From NCBI GenBank assembly GCA_021776115.1, contig JAJFGN010000045.1:83025-147024 (forward strand): a stretch of 64,000 bases of DNA, read 5' to 3'. The notes beneath the pieces are model-generated. The model did no database searches. It was not told the origin of the DNA and saw nothing but the letters and a program-made list of their open reading frames with translations. This DNA is from Kiloniellaceae bacterium. Lineage in GTDB: Bacteria; Pseudomonadota; Alphaproteobacteria; Kiloniellales; J153. The first letter of the stretch is position 1, and each line of letters starts with the position of its first letter. Below are positions 1 to 9,773 of the stretch, in pieces. The translations under genes and the position numbers were made by a program.

Positions 1-453
1 TGGGCCGGGATCGGCGACACCGTCCGCGTCTCGCTTTCCGCCGATCCGGTCGAGGAGGTCAAGGTCGGTTTCGACATACTCAAGGCGCTCAACTTGCGCC
101 ACCGGGGCGTTAACGTGATCTCTTGCCCTTCCTGCGCGCGCCAGCAATTCCAGGTCATCAAAACGGTCGAGGTTTTGGAACAGCGCTTGGCCCATATAAC
201 GACGCCCATGACCGTTTCGGTCATCGGTTGTGTCGTCAACGGCCCCGGCGAGGCGCGCGAGACCGATATCGGCTTTACCGGCGGCGGCAACGGGACCCAC
301 CAAGTTTATATCGGCGGACTGCCCGATCATCGCCTAAAGGACAAAGATATCGTCGATCATCTGGTCGGCTTGGTCGAACAAAAGGCCGCCGAGATCGAGG
401 CCGCCGAGGCTGAGGCCGAAGCCGAAGTGCCACAACAGCGCGCCGCGTCCTAA
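1..453 (+). CDS. ispG: 4-hydroxy-3-methylbut-2-en-1-yl diphosphate synthase, C-terminal part (5'-truncated by window)
   Basis: Frame 1 is open from base 1 ([20 protein letters not shown]) and carries SCPSCAR and GCVVNGPGE 4Fe-4S motifs; it lies upstream of hisS. Confidence 0.95.
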   Translation, partial: WAGIGDTVRVSLSADPVEEVKVGFDILKALNLRHRGVNVISCPSCARQQFQVIKTVEVLEQRLAHITTPMTVSVIGCVVNGPGEARETDIGFTGGGNGTHQVYIGGLPDHRLKDKDIVDHLVGLVEQKAAEIEAAEAEAEAEVPQQRAAS

Positions 454-472
454 ATACTTTCGGAGAACGACT

Positions 473-1717
473 TTGCCCGCGTTGCAGCCGGTTCGCGGCA
501 CACGAGATATATTGCCGGAGGATATGCGCCGCTTTCGCCAGGTGGTCGAGACGGCGCGCGAGCTGTGCGAACGTTACGGCTACCTCGAGATGGCGACGCC
601 AATCTTCGAATTCACCGAGGTGTTCGGCCGTCCGCTCGGTGAAACCTCCGATGTGGTTTCCAAGGAGATGTACAGCTTCACGGATCGCGGCGGCGAAGCC
701 ATCACGCTCCGGCCGGAGGCGACGGCGGCGGTGGCGCGCGCCTTCCTATCGGAAGGTTTGGCGCATGAGCTGCCGCTCAAGTTTTTTTGCCACGGCCCGA
801 TGTTTCGCTACGACCGTCCGCAAAAGGGGCGCTGGCGTCAGTTCCATCAGATCAACGTGGAACTCCTGGGTGTGGCGCAACCCTTGGGCGACGTCGAGAT
901 CATCGCCCTGGGGTGGCATATTCTGGAGGCACTGGGCGTGCGCGGGCGCACGACTATGGAGTTGAATAGCTTGGGCGACGCCGAGAGCCGGCACGCTTAC
1001 CGCGATGTGCTGATCGCGTACTTCAGCGATCATCGCGACAAGCTATCCGAAGACAGCCAAAAGCGATTGACGCGTAATCCCTTGCGTATTCTGGATTCGA
1101 AGGATGAGGGCGATAAACGGGTCGCGGCCGGGGCGCCGGCCCTGACCGAGCACCTCAATCAAGCCAGCGTCGATTTCTTCGCCACGGTGCGCGAGGGACT
1201 GGATACCCTGGGTATCGCCTATACGCTCAACCCTACGCTTGTGCGCGGGCTGGACTATTACAGCCACACGATCTTCGAGTTCACGACCGCGGATTTGGGT
1301 GCCCAAGCGACGGTGATGGGCGGCGGCCGTTACGACGGCCTGATCGAGCTTCTGGGCGGGCCCTCCACACCTGGCGTTGGCTGGGCCGCCGGCATCGAGC
1401 GCCTGTCCATGTTGATGGCAACGACGCCGCCCGCGTCCCGGCCCTTCGTTGTCGTGCCCATCGGTGCGCAAGCAGAGACCAAGGCCCTTGCCGTGACCCA
1501 CAAGCTTCGCCAAGCCGGCCTGACGGTCGAGCTTGGTTTCAGCGGCAACATCAAGAAGCGGATGAAACGGGCCGACAAACTGGGCGCACGCGCCGCCGTT
1601 CTGATGGGTGAGGACGAACTGGCGCAAAACGCCGCCACGGTTCGAGACCTCGAATCGGGCAAACAGGAACTTGTTCCCCTGGATGCCTTGAGCGAGCGCC
1701 TCGCACAGTTTCGGTAG
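473..1717 (+). CDS. hisS: Histidine--tRNA ligase
   Basis: VRGTRD, LRPEATA, RYDRPQKGRWRQFHQ, LVRGLDYY, GGGRYDGL motifs. Confidence 0.97.
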   Translation: MPALQPVRGTRDILPEDMRRFRQVVETARELCERYGYLEMATPIFEFTEVFGRPLGETSDVVSKEMYSFTDRGGEAITLRPEATAAVARAFLSEGLAHELPLKFFCHGPMFRYDRPQKGRWRQFHQINVELLGVAQPLGDVEIIALGWHILEALGVRGRTTMELNSLGDAESRHAYRDVLIAYFSDHRDKLSEDSQKRLTRNPLRILDSKDEGDKRVAAGAPALTEHLNQASVDFFATVREGLDTLGIAYTLNPTLVRGLDYYSHTIFEFTTADLGAQATVMGGGRYDGLIELLGGPSTPGVGWAAGIERLSMLMATTPPASRPFVVVPIGAQAETKALAVTHKLRQAGLTVELGFSGNIKKRMKRADKLGARAAVLMGEDELAQNAATVRDLESGKQELVPLDALSERLAQFR

Positions 1718-1725
1718 CGGCCGCC

Positions 1726-3027
1726 ATGCCCGGCGCGGCCCCGGACCCCATCGCAGATCTCATCTCGACCGGCTTGACGCTGGACTCGGTCAGCCCCGAA
1801 CTGCGTGAGCAAGTCTTCAGCGACGAGCCGGATTCGGCGCGATTGCTTCATCGCCTGCGGGAGTTGCCTCTCGATGATGTTCTGGCGATATCGACCTGCG
1901 AGCGGGTCGAGATTTTCGCGGTCTCCCGCTTGCCGAATGCCGCCGGAATTTTGCTCGATACGCTAGCTGGGCAGACCGGCGCAGACGCGGCCGTCCTTCA
2001 GGAACAGGCGCGCCGACAGCACGGCGGCCAGGCGCTGGCGCACTTGTTCGCCGTGGCGTCCGGGCTGGAAAGTCAGGTTGTCGGCGAGCCTCAAATCCTG
2101 GGGCAGGTCAAGGAAAGTCACCGGCAGGCCGCGGCCATGGGTTTGGTCGGGCCGGGCCTCGAGCCAATGCTCCAAGCAGCCTATCAAACGGCGAAGCGGG
2201 TCCGAAACGAAACCGACATCGGGCACTACCCGGTCTCCATTGCGACCTCGGCCTTGATGGTGGCGCGCGATGTGCACGGCGATCTCGGACGGTGCAGTGC
2301 GTTGGTGATCGGCCTGGGCGAAATGGCCGAGTTCATCGGCGGTGAGATCAAGGCCGCCGGGGTGCGCGATATCGCGATTCTGCACCCGACACTCGCGCGT
2401 GCGCGCGCGGTGGCGCATCGCCTGAGTGGCCATTTCCGCCCCTGGGAAGAACTGGACCAGGCTCTGGCCGTGGCCGATATCGTGGTCGGGGCGCTGGGGA
2501 CCGGGCAATTCAGCGTAACCCGGCGCCAGGCCGAGCAGGCGTTGCATGCGCGCCGCCGCGCGCCCATGTATTTTATCGACGCTGCCGTGCCACACGATAT
2601 CGAGCCGGCGGTCAACGACCTTGACGGCGCTTTCGTTTACGATCTGGAAGATCTTGAACGTATCGCCTTGCGGGGCCGGGCGTCGCGCGAAAGCGCGCTT
2701 CAGGCGGCCCGGGTCATTGTCGCGGAAGAACTCGCGGCCTTTTCGCGGCAACACGCGGCGCGTGGGGCGGCGCCCACGGTGGTCGCGCTACGTCAACATT
2801 TCGAATCGGTGCGGGCTGATGTCCTCTCGGGTGGCGGCATCGATGCGGACGAAGCGACGCGGCGATTGATCAACCGTCTGCTGCACGATCCGACGGTGGT
2901 GCTGAGGACGGCGGCCGCCGAAGATGCCGAGCAAGGATCAAAAAGTCCGTTCAACCTGGAAGCAACGCTTAGACGCCTGTTCCGCCTCGACGGCGGGCAA
3001 GAGTCGGCCAAGGACAAGAGTAAGTGA
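1726..3027 (+). CDS. hemA: Glutamyl-tRNA reductase
   Basis: STCERVE catalytic-Cys motif, [48 protein letters not shown]; GTGA overlap with prfA. Confidence 0.9.
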   Translation: MPGAAPDPIADLISTGLTLDSVSPELREQVFSDEPDSARLLHRLRELPLDDVLAISTCERVEIFAVSRLPNAAGILLDTLAGQTGADAAVLQEQARRQHGGQALAHLFAVASGLESQVVGEPQILGQVKESHRQAAAMGLVGPGLEPMLQAAYQTAKRVRNETDIGHYPVSIATSALMVARDVHGDLGRCSALVIGLGEMAEFIGGEIKAAGVRDIAILHPTLARARAVAHRLSGHFRPWEELDQALAVADIVVGALGTGQFSVTRRQAEQALHARRRAPMYFIDAAVPHDIEPAVNDLDGAFVYDLEDLERIALRGRASRESALQAARVIVAEELAAFSRQHAARGAAPTVVALRQHFESVRADVLSGGGIDADEATRRLINRLLHDPTVVLRTAAAEDAEQGSKSPFNLEATLRRLFRLDGGQESAKDKSK

Positions 3028-4100
3028 GTCTTCAAGAGAAACTGGATAGCGTGCTGGTGCGCCACCAAGAGCTCAGCAACCTGGTGGCGACCCATGCACA
3101 CCCGGGATCGGATGACTATACCCGCTTGCTCAAGGAATACGCCGACCTGACCCCCATCGTGGAAGGCGTAACCTCACTGCGCGACGTGCAGATGGAGATG
3201 GCGGATCTGGGCGGGCTGATCGCCGATCCGGAATCGGATGCCGAGATGAGGGCTTTGGCGGAGGAGGAATTCCGGGCCCTGAAAGCCCGCCTGCCGGACC
3301 TGGAGCACCAGGTCCAAGTCTTGCTTTTGCCGCGCGACGAGGCCGATGAGCGTAACGCCATTATAGAAGTTCGCGCCGGGACAGGCGGCGAGGAGGCGGC
3401 GCTCTTCGCGGCCGAGTTGTTTCGGATGTATCAGCGTTATGCCGACATTCACGGCTGGCGGTTTGAGGTTATCGACTTCAACGAGACCGACATCGGGGGC
3501 TGTAAGGAGGCCAGCGGCCTTATCTCGGGCAAGGGCGTTTTCGCGCGCCTGAAGTTCGAATCGGGTGTGCACCGGGTGCAACGGGTGCCGACCACGGAAT
3601 CGGGCGGCCGCATCCACACCTCCGCGGCCACGGTTGCCGTTCTGCCCGAGGCCGAGGACGTCGACGTCGAGATCGAGGACAAGGATCTGCGGGTCGATAC
3701 CTACCGGTCTCAGGGCGCCGGCGGACAGCATGTCAATACCACCGACAGCGCGGTGCGGATCACGCACTTGCCCTCGGGCGTCGTCGTGCAGTGCCAGGAT
3801 GAAAAGTCGCAGCACAAGAACCGCGCCAAGGCGATGAAGGTATTGCGTGCCCGTCTTTACGATCACAAGCGCCAGGAGCAAGAGGATGCCCTTGCGGCGA
3901 GCCGGCGCAGCCAAGTCGGCAGCGGCGACCGCTCCGAGCGAATTCGGACCTACAATTTTCCGCAGGGCCGCGTCACCGATCATCGAATTCAGTTGACGCT
4001 GTATAAGCTTGAGAAAGTGCTCATCGGCGAGGCCCTCGACGAGTTCGTCGATGCCTTGAGCGCCGAGGACCAAGCGGCGCGCCTGGCGGCGCTGAACTGA
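3024..4100 (+). CDS. prfA: Peptide chain release factor 1
   Basis: [33 protein letters not shown] (GGQ), RIRTYNFPQ. Confidence 0.97.
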   Translation: MSLQEKLDSVLVRHQELSNLVATHAHPGSDDYTRLLKEYADLTPIVEGVTSLRDVQMEMADLGGLIADPESDAEMRALAEEEFRALKARLPDLEHQVQVLLLPRDEADERNAIIEVRAGTGGEEAALFAAELFRMYQRYADIHGWRFEVIDFNETDIGGCKEASGLISGKGVFARLKFESGVHRVQRVPTTESGGRIHTSAATVAVLPEAEDVDVEIEDKDLRVDTYRSQGAGGQHVNTTDSAVRITHLPSGVVVQCQDEKSQHKNRAKAMKVLRARLYDHKRQEQEDALAASRRSQVGSGDRSERIRTYNFPQGRVTDHRIQLTLYKLEKVLIGEALDEFVDALSAEDQAARLAALN

Positions 4101-4996
4101 TGGTTCCTGAAACATGGCCAGAGAAGGACGCCGCTGGGAAGGGGCCGGAACGAAGCTGCGGCCAAGTCCTGGAACAGGCCGCGGCCCGCCTGCGCGCCGC
4201 CGGTATAGACGGCGCCCGGCGCGATGCTCGTCTGCTTCTGGCCGCGGCGCTGGGGATAGAAGCGGCGCAAGTCATGGCCTATCCGGAACGCTGGATAAGC
4301 GACGCGCAAGGGGCCGAGGTGGAGCGGATGATTGTCCGTCGGGCCCGGCACGAACCTGTGTCGCGCATCCTCGGACGGCGGGAATTTTGGGGCCTGGAAC
4401 TCCATATCACGCCCGAGACCCTGGATCCGCGCCCCGATAGCGAGACTTTGGTTGCGGCGGTAGTGGCGCGGATCGCCGCGCGCGCGGCGCCGCTTAAGAT
4501 CCTGGATCTGGGCACGGGCAGTGGCTGCCTTCTGCTGGCCCTGCTGTCGGAGCTTCCGGCAGCCGAGGGCCTGGGAATCGACCTGGATCCCGCCGCACTG
4601 GCGGTCGCGAGCGAGAATGCGGCCTGCCTGGGGCTTGCGGCGCGCGCGCGTTTTGCAACCGGCGACTGGGCTGAGGGCTTGGGCGGAGGCTGGCAAGTAA
4701 TCGTTAGTAATCCGCCATATATAATCGGGCGAGAGATTGAAGGTCTAAGCCCTGAAGTCGCCGAATTCGATCCACGATTGGCGTTGGATGCTGGGCCCGA
4801 TGGCTTAAAAAGCTATCGGAAGATCGTTCCCCAGGCCGCTCGTATATTGGCTCCCAAGGGAGTCTTGGTCTTGGAGATTGGCGCCGGTCAGGGCGATGCC
4901 GTCTGCCGGCTTATGAGACAGTCGGGCCTTGCCGCCATCGAGCGCTTGGCGGATCTAAGCGGGACAAAACGCTGCCTGGTGGCGCGACCCGGTTAA
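4100..4996 (+). CDS. prmC: Release factor glutamine methyltransferase
   Basis: LDPRPDSET, DLGTGSG, SNPPY motifs; TGATG coupling to prfA. Confidence 0.93.
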   Translation: MVPETWPEKDAAGKGPERSCGQVLEQAAARLRAAGIDGARRDARLLLAAALGIEAAQVMAYPERWISDAQGAEVERMIVRRARHEPVSRILGRREFWGLELHITPETLDPRPDSETLVAAVVARIAARAAPLKILDLGTGSGCLLLALLSELPAAEGLGIDLDPAALAVASENAACLGLAARARFATGDWAEGLGGGWQVIVSNPPYIIGREIEGLSPEVAEFDPRLALDAGPDGLKSYRKIVPQAARILAPKGVLVLEIGAGQGDAVCRLMRQSGLAAIERLADLSGTKRCLVARPG

Positions 4997-5211
4997 GGGC
5001 CGATTTCACAAAGCGGAGACGACGAAAAGAAAGTAGTTGGAATGCCGGGGCTTCCCCACTAAATTGGGGGTGTAGAGCAGATGGCTCTCGCGTCCGAAGT
5101 GACGCTCCACGACCCCCGATATTGTGTCTGTGGCACCAAGCTCGCGAAATCGCCGGATGGCGGCGTTGTTACGATGCGAGCCTATTTTGATCCATCACCA
5201 GAAGTAAGCGA

Positions 5212-6012
5212 TTGATGAGACAAGGACCTAATGGACGACGGCCGCGAGGGCGGCCGAATCGGAAGCAACAAGGTGGGCCCTCACGGCCTAACAACTTTGA
5301 CAGCAGCGGTCCCGAAGGACGCATTCGGGGAAATGCCCATCAAGTCTATGAAAAATACGTAGGCTTGGCGCGCGACGCCATTTCGGCGGGGGACCGTGTC
5401 GCGGCCGAGACATACTACCAACATGCCGAGCACTACTTCCGAATCGTGAATGCAAGTACCGATCCGGTGACCGCGGAGCGGCGGCCGGCGCGGGACGACG
5501 GAAATGGGCGCGACGCGGATGGGCGGGAGCCGAGGGGACCGGACTCACGCGACCGCTCGGCCCGTGAACAGGATGTGAACAGCGACCGAAATGTGGGCGA
5601 GCCTGAGCCGGCTCGCAGCACGCCCTCTGAGACCGCACAACCCGCACAGGTGGAGCCGCCGAGAGCTGCGGAGGGCCAGGACCGTGAAGGTTTGGACCGT
5701 GTTTTGGGTAGAGACGGGGCGGATTCTCCCTCGAGAAATCGGCCGCGTGCGCCCCAGGGCGCGGTGAGCGGCCCGGCGGATCGGGACACGGAGCAAGCTC
5801 CGACCCGGCGGCGTCCGCGTCAACGTCCGGCCCGAAGCGAGGCAGCCGGCCCGGCAAACGATGGCGCTGAGCGCCAAGCGGATCGTTCCGGTAACGGCGA
5901 TGCAAGGGTTAGCGCACCGGCCCAGGACCAAGTTTCCACCGCGCCAAGCGAGCCTGCGGAAGCCACCGCCCCGGACGTGAAGAATCCGGATAGCGAGCCG
6001 GCCGGCGCCTAA
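5212..6012 (+). CDS. DUF4167-family protein with long disordered C-terminus
   Basis: FDSSGPEGRIRGNAHQVYEKYVGLARDA...YQHAEHYFRI domain; usual alphaproteobacterial position after prmC. Confidence 0.85.
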   Translation: MMRQGPNGRRPRGRPNRKQQGGPSRPNNFDSSGPEGRIRGNAHQVYEKYVGLARDAISAGDRVAAETYYQHAEHYFRIVNASTDPVTAERRPARDDGNGRDADGREPRGPDSRDRSAREQDVNSDRNVGEPEPARSTPSETAQPAQVEPPRAAEGQDREGLDRVLGRDGADSPSRNRPRAPQGAVSGPADRDTEQAPTRRRPRQRPARSEAAGPANDGAERQADRSGNGDARVSAPAQDQVSTAPSEPAEATAPDVKNPDSEPAGA

Positions 6013-6061
6013 CGCCCTAACGACGGTACCCGATAGGCGCGTAGAAGAAATTCCAAGGAAG

Positions 6062-6108
6062 AAAATAAAACGGAGGCCGCTGGATTTGCGGCCTCCGTAT
6101 ATTTTTTT
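6062..6108. terminator. Bidirectional intrinsic terminator
   Basis: Perfect stem ACGGAGGCCGC (6070-6080) / GCGGCCTCCGT (6088-6098), A-tract on the left and T7 on the right, between convergent genes. Confidence 0.85.
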
Positions 6109-6159
6109 GCGTCAGCGAAGCTTACCGGGGCTGTTTGTTCCGCCCGGTCATCACCCCGT

Positions 6160-7449
6160 CTAGTCCTTGTGCGTTTGGAAGTTCCCTTTGTTGAGGAAAC
6201 CCTCCACGAAGAGCACGACGTCGCCCATGCCGTTCTTGATCTCGATCCGCGCCGTATCGTCGACACCGGGCTCGCCGGCATCCACGAGAATGAAGTCGAC
6301 GGTCGCGTCGAAGTCGGTGGTGCCGCCACTCTTCAGCCGGCCCGTGCCGCTGCCGTTGAAGGTATCGAAGGGTGACGAGGCGGGTGGTTGTTGGATGATG
6401 TCGGGATCCTCGGTGCAATTTGCGGCGGTCAGGTTTAGCAGGTGGAATGAATTGCCCTGCCAGTTGATCTGGAAGTTATTCGGATTGCGCAGATCGCAGT
6501 GCATTTGCAATCCCTTGGTGATCCGAACGCCATCGATCGTGAAATTACTGCCACCACCCGTAATCCGGCCGTCGAGCGTGGGCGGAACGTCCTCGCGAAG
6601 GGCGATTCCGGCGGCGGCCCAGTCCAGGGACGCGGGGAGATCCCCGGTGCCCAGCCGGTCAATCGACAAGGCCTGAACGGTTAGCATGGTGGCGCCGGCC
6701 GGAATAGCGACGGAGATGTTCACGGTATCCCATTCGCCGCCGTCGTTGCTGCCGAGCAGGTTATTCAAGGATGTGGTCGTGCCGCCGACGGTGATGTCGA
6801 CCGCGGACGGGCGGGGCCGGTTGTCCGCGACGCTGTGGAAGAACATGGTGAGGTCGGCCGTGCGGTCGACGGCACTGGCTGGGAATGCGATTGTCTGCGG
6901 GATCGTCGTATCCAGGGGAGACGAAAAATCGATGAAGGCAAGGTCGTTGCCGTCCCGGACCTGAATCTCCGCCGCTGGCGAAACGCCGTCGTCGTAAATC
7001 ACCATCACACCGGCGCCGTTGCTAACGTTGTCACAGCTCAAACCGTCTACCAAGAGCGAGTTGAACCCTTGCGAGACCAGGCCAAGGCCCGTTATGTCCG
7101 CGCGGAACGTGGCGCCCTCGACATTTGAGAAGAAATTGGTGGGCCCTCCTATACCGGCTACCGGATCGCCGTTGATGAGATTTCCGTCCACCGTGATGTC
7201 GTTGTCCTGGCCCCCGGGGCTGGCGAAGCAACCCCAGTAGAGCAGAACCTGTTGGGCCGCACCGGGAACATCGATATCGATCGTGCCGGGTCCGTCCCGT
7301 AATCCAGTGCCGGCGCCGATGATCCCGGTGCCGGTCGCAATAGGTGTGCTGGGCGGTCCCAGGGTTTCGGTCCCATCGGCCCATGCGCTGCCAGCACTGA
7401 GCGCGATGCCGAGACCGAAGATCGTCGCAGTAAGGAATTTCTTCTTCAT
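6160..7449 (-). CDS. Secreted Gly/Thr/Asp-rich beta-rich protein (DUF3344-like N-domain, post-COAP-1-like C-domain, tentative)
   Basis: GGAGG RBS before ATG 7449; Sec signal MKKKFLTATIFGLGIALSAGSAWA; C-terminal GRITGGG...DAGEPGVDD...GNFQTH. Confidence 0.65.
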   Translation of the reverse strand: MKKKFLTATIFGLGIALSAGSAWADGTETLGPPSTPIATGTGIIGAGTGLRDGPGTIDIDVPGAAQQVLLYWGCFASPGGQDNDITVDGNLINGDPVAGIGGPTNFFSNVEGATFRADITGLGLVSQGFNSLLVDGLSCDNVSNGAGVMVIYDDGVSPAAEIQVRDGNDLAFIDFSSPLDTTIPQTIAFPASAVDRTADLTMFFHSVADNRPRPSAVDITVGGTTTSLNNLLGSNDGGEWDTVNISVAIPAGATMLTVQALSIDRLGTGDLPASLDWAAAGIALREDVPPTLDGRITGGGSNFTIDGVRITKGLQMHCDLRNPNNFQINWQGNSFHLLNLTAANCTEDPDIIQQPPASSPFDTFNGSGTGRLKSGGTTDFDATVDFILVDAGEPGVDDTARIEIKNGMGDVVLFVEGFLNKGNFQTHKD

Positions 7450-7811
7450 TTCTACCTCCCGATTGACCAAAGAGTTTATCTCACCCGTGAGAATCCTTAT
7501 AGCGATACCGCGCCGACTCGATCGGCCGTGACGGTCGGTTCGCTCTTGTTATGGTGTTTCCGATTACTTCGTCGCGTACCTCGCGCACCTAAGTTTAGGA
7601 TCCGGATTGACGGTCCGGTCCAAGGGGAATTCTACTATTTCCCTCTTTTTTGTGGATTTACGCTAGCACGCGGTAGCGTAGGAGGGGAGTCGAAATTTGG
7701 TCCGGCGCAGTTAGCCAAGGTCTCCGCGCCTCGTCCAGAGCATTTAGCGCCGGCGAGCCAAGTTGAGATCATTGCGATTACTGTCGAGACCGGGGCAGTT
7801 TTAAGACGGGC

Positions 7812-8573
7812 CTATTCTGGCGGGCAAAGTACCCCACCGCAGGCAACCTCGCCGCCGAACGTTACGCGCGCATAAATGCCTATATCGACGTGATCGAAGC
7901 CCTTCTGCAACGAGCGCGGAATGTTCAGATCGCGCTCCGCGGTGTCCGGATTGACGTTGGTGGCCGCGCACCGTTCGATTCTCTCGACGACCTGCAACCG
8001 CGCCGGGCCAAGGCCGATCTCCTTTCCGACCCAGACGAATTCCGACCAAGCGCGCGCACCCGTGATGTAAAAGTTGGCCCGGAATCGCAGAGGATCGACC
8101 GGCTGACGGACGACCCGTTCCAGGTCTTTGACACTAGCCAGATTGACGATGGAGACGAGCGGGTCCCTAACGTCGGTGAACATCTCCGCCTCGGCCTCGA
8201 TCAGCTTGGGTGTGCCGCGACCGGCGGCGCCCATGAAACCATCGAAGAATTGCCCGATAAGCATGCGCCCCATGGCCTCGGTGGCGTTAGCGCGCACGAC
8301 CTGCTTCCCGGCCCGGTGAATGGCCAACATGCCGCTTTCGGGGTCGAAGTCTGCGCGCAGTTGCGCCAACTTTTCGTCGCGCAAGAGGCACAGGAGGTTC
8401 GATTTGGGTTGCCATTGCGGCGCGCCGGGTTCGACACGCGCCGAGCCGTGGGCGAGCGCGAAGCGCCGATCGTGCGGCAAGCCTTGACCGGGCGTCAGGG
8501 TAACACGCTCTAGCTTCTCCGCGTTTAGCCCTTTCAGGGGATAGCGGCAGATATCGGCGACTTCGATGCTCAA
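7812..8573 (-). CDS. MOSC domain-containing protein
   Basis: YPLKGL, DRRFAL, FRANFY, ERCAATNVNP motifs; TTG start preceded by GGGAG. Confidence 0.88.
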   Translation of the reverse strand: MSIEVADICRYPLKGLNAEKLERVTLTPGQGLPHDRRFALAHGSARVEPGAPQWQPKSNLLCLLRDEKLAQLRADFDPESGMLAIHRAGKQVVRANATEAMGRMLIGQFFDGFMGAAGRGTPKLIEAEAEMFTDVRDPLVSIVNLASVKDLERVVRQPVDPLRFRANFYITGARAWSEFVWVGKEIGLGPARLQVVERIERCAATNVNPDTAERDLNIPRSLQKGFDHVDIGIYARVTFGGEVACGGVLCPPE

Positions 8574-8642
8574 CGGTCGTCTCCCAAGACAAGGCCGAGC
8601 AGCTAAACCCGCACCCTTGCTGCTGTCAATCAAGCGATCCCG

Positions 8643-9041
8643 TTACAAAATGGGCCGCCCCCTCCTTAAGGCGATGACGCAACAGGCCACAATGACAATC
8701 ACAGCGATTTGCGCGACGATCACGCTAGGCCAAATACGCGAGAACACCGGATCGAAGTACTTCTGAGGCCCAAAGGACACTAAGGCCGTCAGGGCGAACA
8801 GAACGGCCAGCGCGATACCATGGCGCGCGCCCCGTCGGACAAGGTGGAATGCCGCCGCGCCAATCGCTAGGGAGGCGCCGAGGAAAGGGCCAAGCGCGAA
8901 GGGCGGCACTTCGAGCGGCGGATGCGGCGCTGTGCGCGAGAAGAGCGCAAGCAACATCACGCCGGTTAGCACCAGAAGGATAATGATCGCCGCCGACGCA
9001 GGATGGCTTTCCCGGGCCGCGGATTCTCCAGGCTTTGACAT
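8643..9041 (-). CDS. Small four-helix membrane protein, divergent from TetR gene
   Basis: Strong GGAGGAG RBS; four hydrophobic segments; SFGPQKY loop. Confidence 0.7.
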   Translation of the reverse strand: MSKPGESAARESHPASAAIIILLVLTGVMLLALFSRTAPHPPLEVPPFALGPFLGASLAIGAAAFHLVRRGARHGIALAVLFALTALVSFGPQKYFDPVFSRIWPSVIVAQIAVIVIVACCVIALRRGRPIL

Positions 9042-9058
9042 CGAACTCCTCCAGGAAA

Positions 9059-9110
9059 AAACCGTACCAGTGGGTACGCTTGCTCTTAGACGTACCCACT
9101 GGTACGGTTT
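9059..9110. promoter_or_regulatory. Candidate tandem TetR operators (20-bp inverted repeat, each arm palindromic)
   Basis: AAACCGTACCAGTGGGTACG (9059-9078) and its exact reverse complement (9091-9110); each arm contains CGTACC-N4-GGTACG. Confidence 0.75.
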
Positions 9111-9142
9111 CTGTCAAGATCCAATCTGAGCGGACACCGGAC

Positions 9143-9748
9143 ATGAAGGCTGCATCACTCAACCAGCGTCGCGACGAGATCATGGATATCGCGGTCGAGA
9201 TTCTTACTGAGCGCGGATACCGCGACACCAGTATGCTCGAAGTCGCCAAGCGCGCATCGGCATCGAAGGAGACTCTTTACGCTTGGTTCGGCGACAAGCG
9301 GGGCCTGTTCGAAGCGGTCATCCAGCGCAATGCGCAGGCGGTTCAAACGGTGTTAGCTCATCATCTCGCGGGAAATGCGCCCGCCGAACGTGTGTTGATG
9401 GCTTTCGGGTGCGCGCTCCTGGAGCTGCTCCTGGGCGACGGCGCGGTGGCTATCAACCGTGCCGCCATCTCGGAAGCGCGCGCCGATCCCACCCTAGCGC
9501 AGACCTTGGCCAGCGCCGGCCGTGAAGCGACCTTGCCGGCCTTCATCCAATTTCTCGAGCTACACCGAAAGCGCGGCGTCTTGAGGATCGATACCCCATC
9601 CGAGGCCGCCGAGGACTTCCTTGGTCTGCTGCTCGGCGATACCCAGGTAAGGCGTCTTCTCGGTCTCTTGTCAGCGCCGAGAAAAGCTCAGATCAACGCG
9701 CGCGCCGCTCGCGCCACCCACGCTTTTTTGCGTTTGTATGCGGCATGA
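9143..9748 (+). CDS. TetR/AcrR family transcriptional regulator
   Basis: N-terminal HTH GYRDTSMLEVAKRASASKETLYAWFGDKRGLF; ATG 9143 chosen over the ORF-track start. Confidence 0.92.
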   Translation: MKAASLNQRRDEIMDIAVEILTERGYRDTSMLEVAKRASASKETLYAWFGDKRGLFEAVIQRNAQAVQTVLAHHLAGNAPAERVLMAFGCALLELLLGDGAVAINRAAISEARADPTLAQTLASAGREATLPAFIQFLELHRKRGVLRIDTPSEAAEDFLGLLLGDTQVRRLLGLLSAPRKAQINARAARATHAFLRLYAA

Positions 9749-9773
9749 GGGCCAGCTTCAAGCTCAGCAGTTC

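Noticed and set aside
5131-5145. TGGCAC-N5-TCGC sigma54-like motif upstream of DUF4167
   Set aside because: Mismatch at the -12 box; likely chance in high-GC DNA and no supporting activator context
7528-7875. 115-aa ORF and weak hairpins (about 7620-7680) in the intergenic region
   Set aside because: The ORF overlaps the MOSC gene end and has no RBS or motif; the hairpins are imperfect and match no riboswitch I recognise
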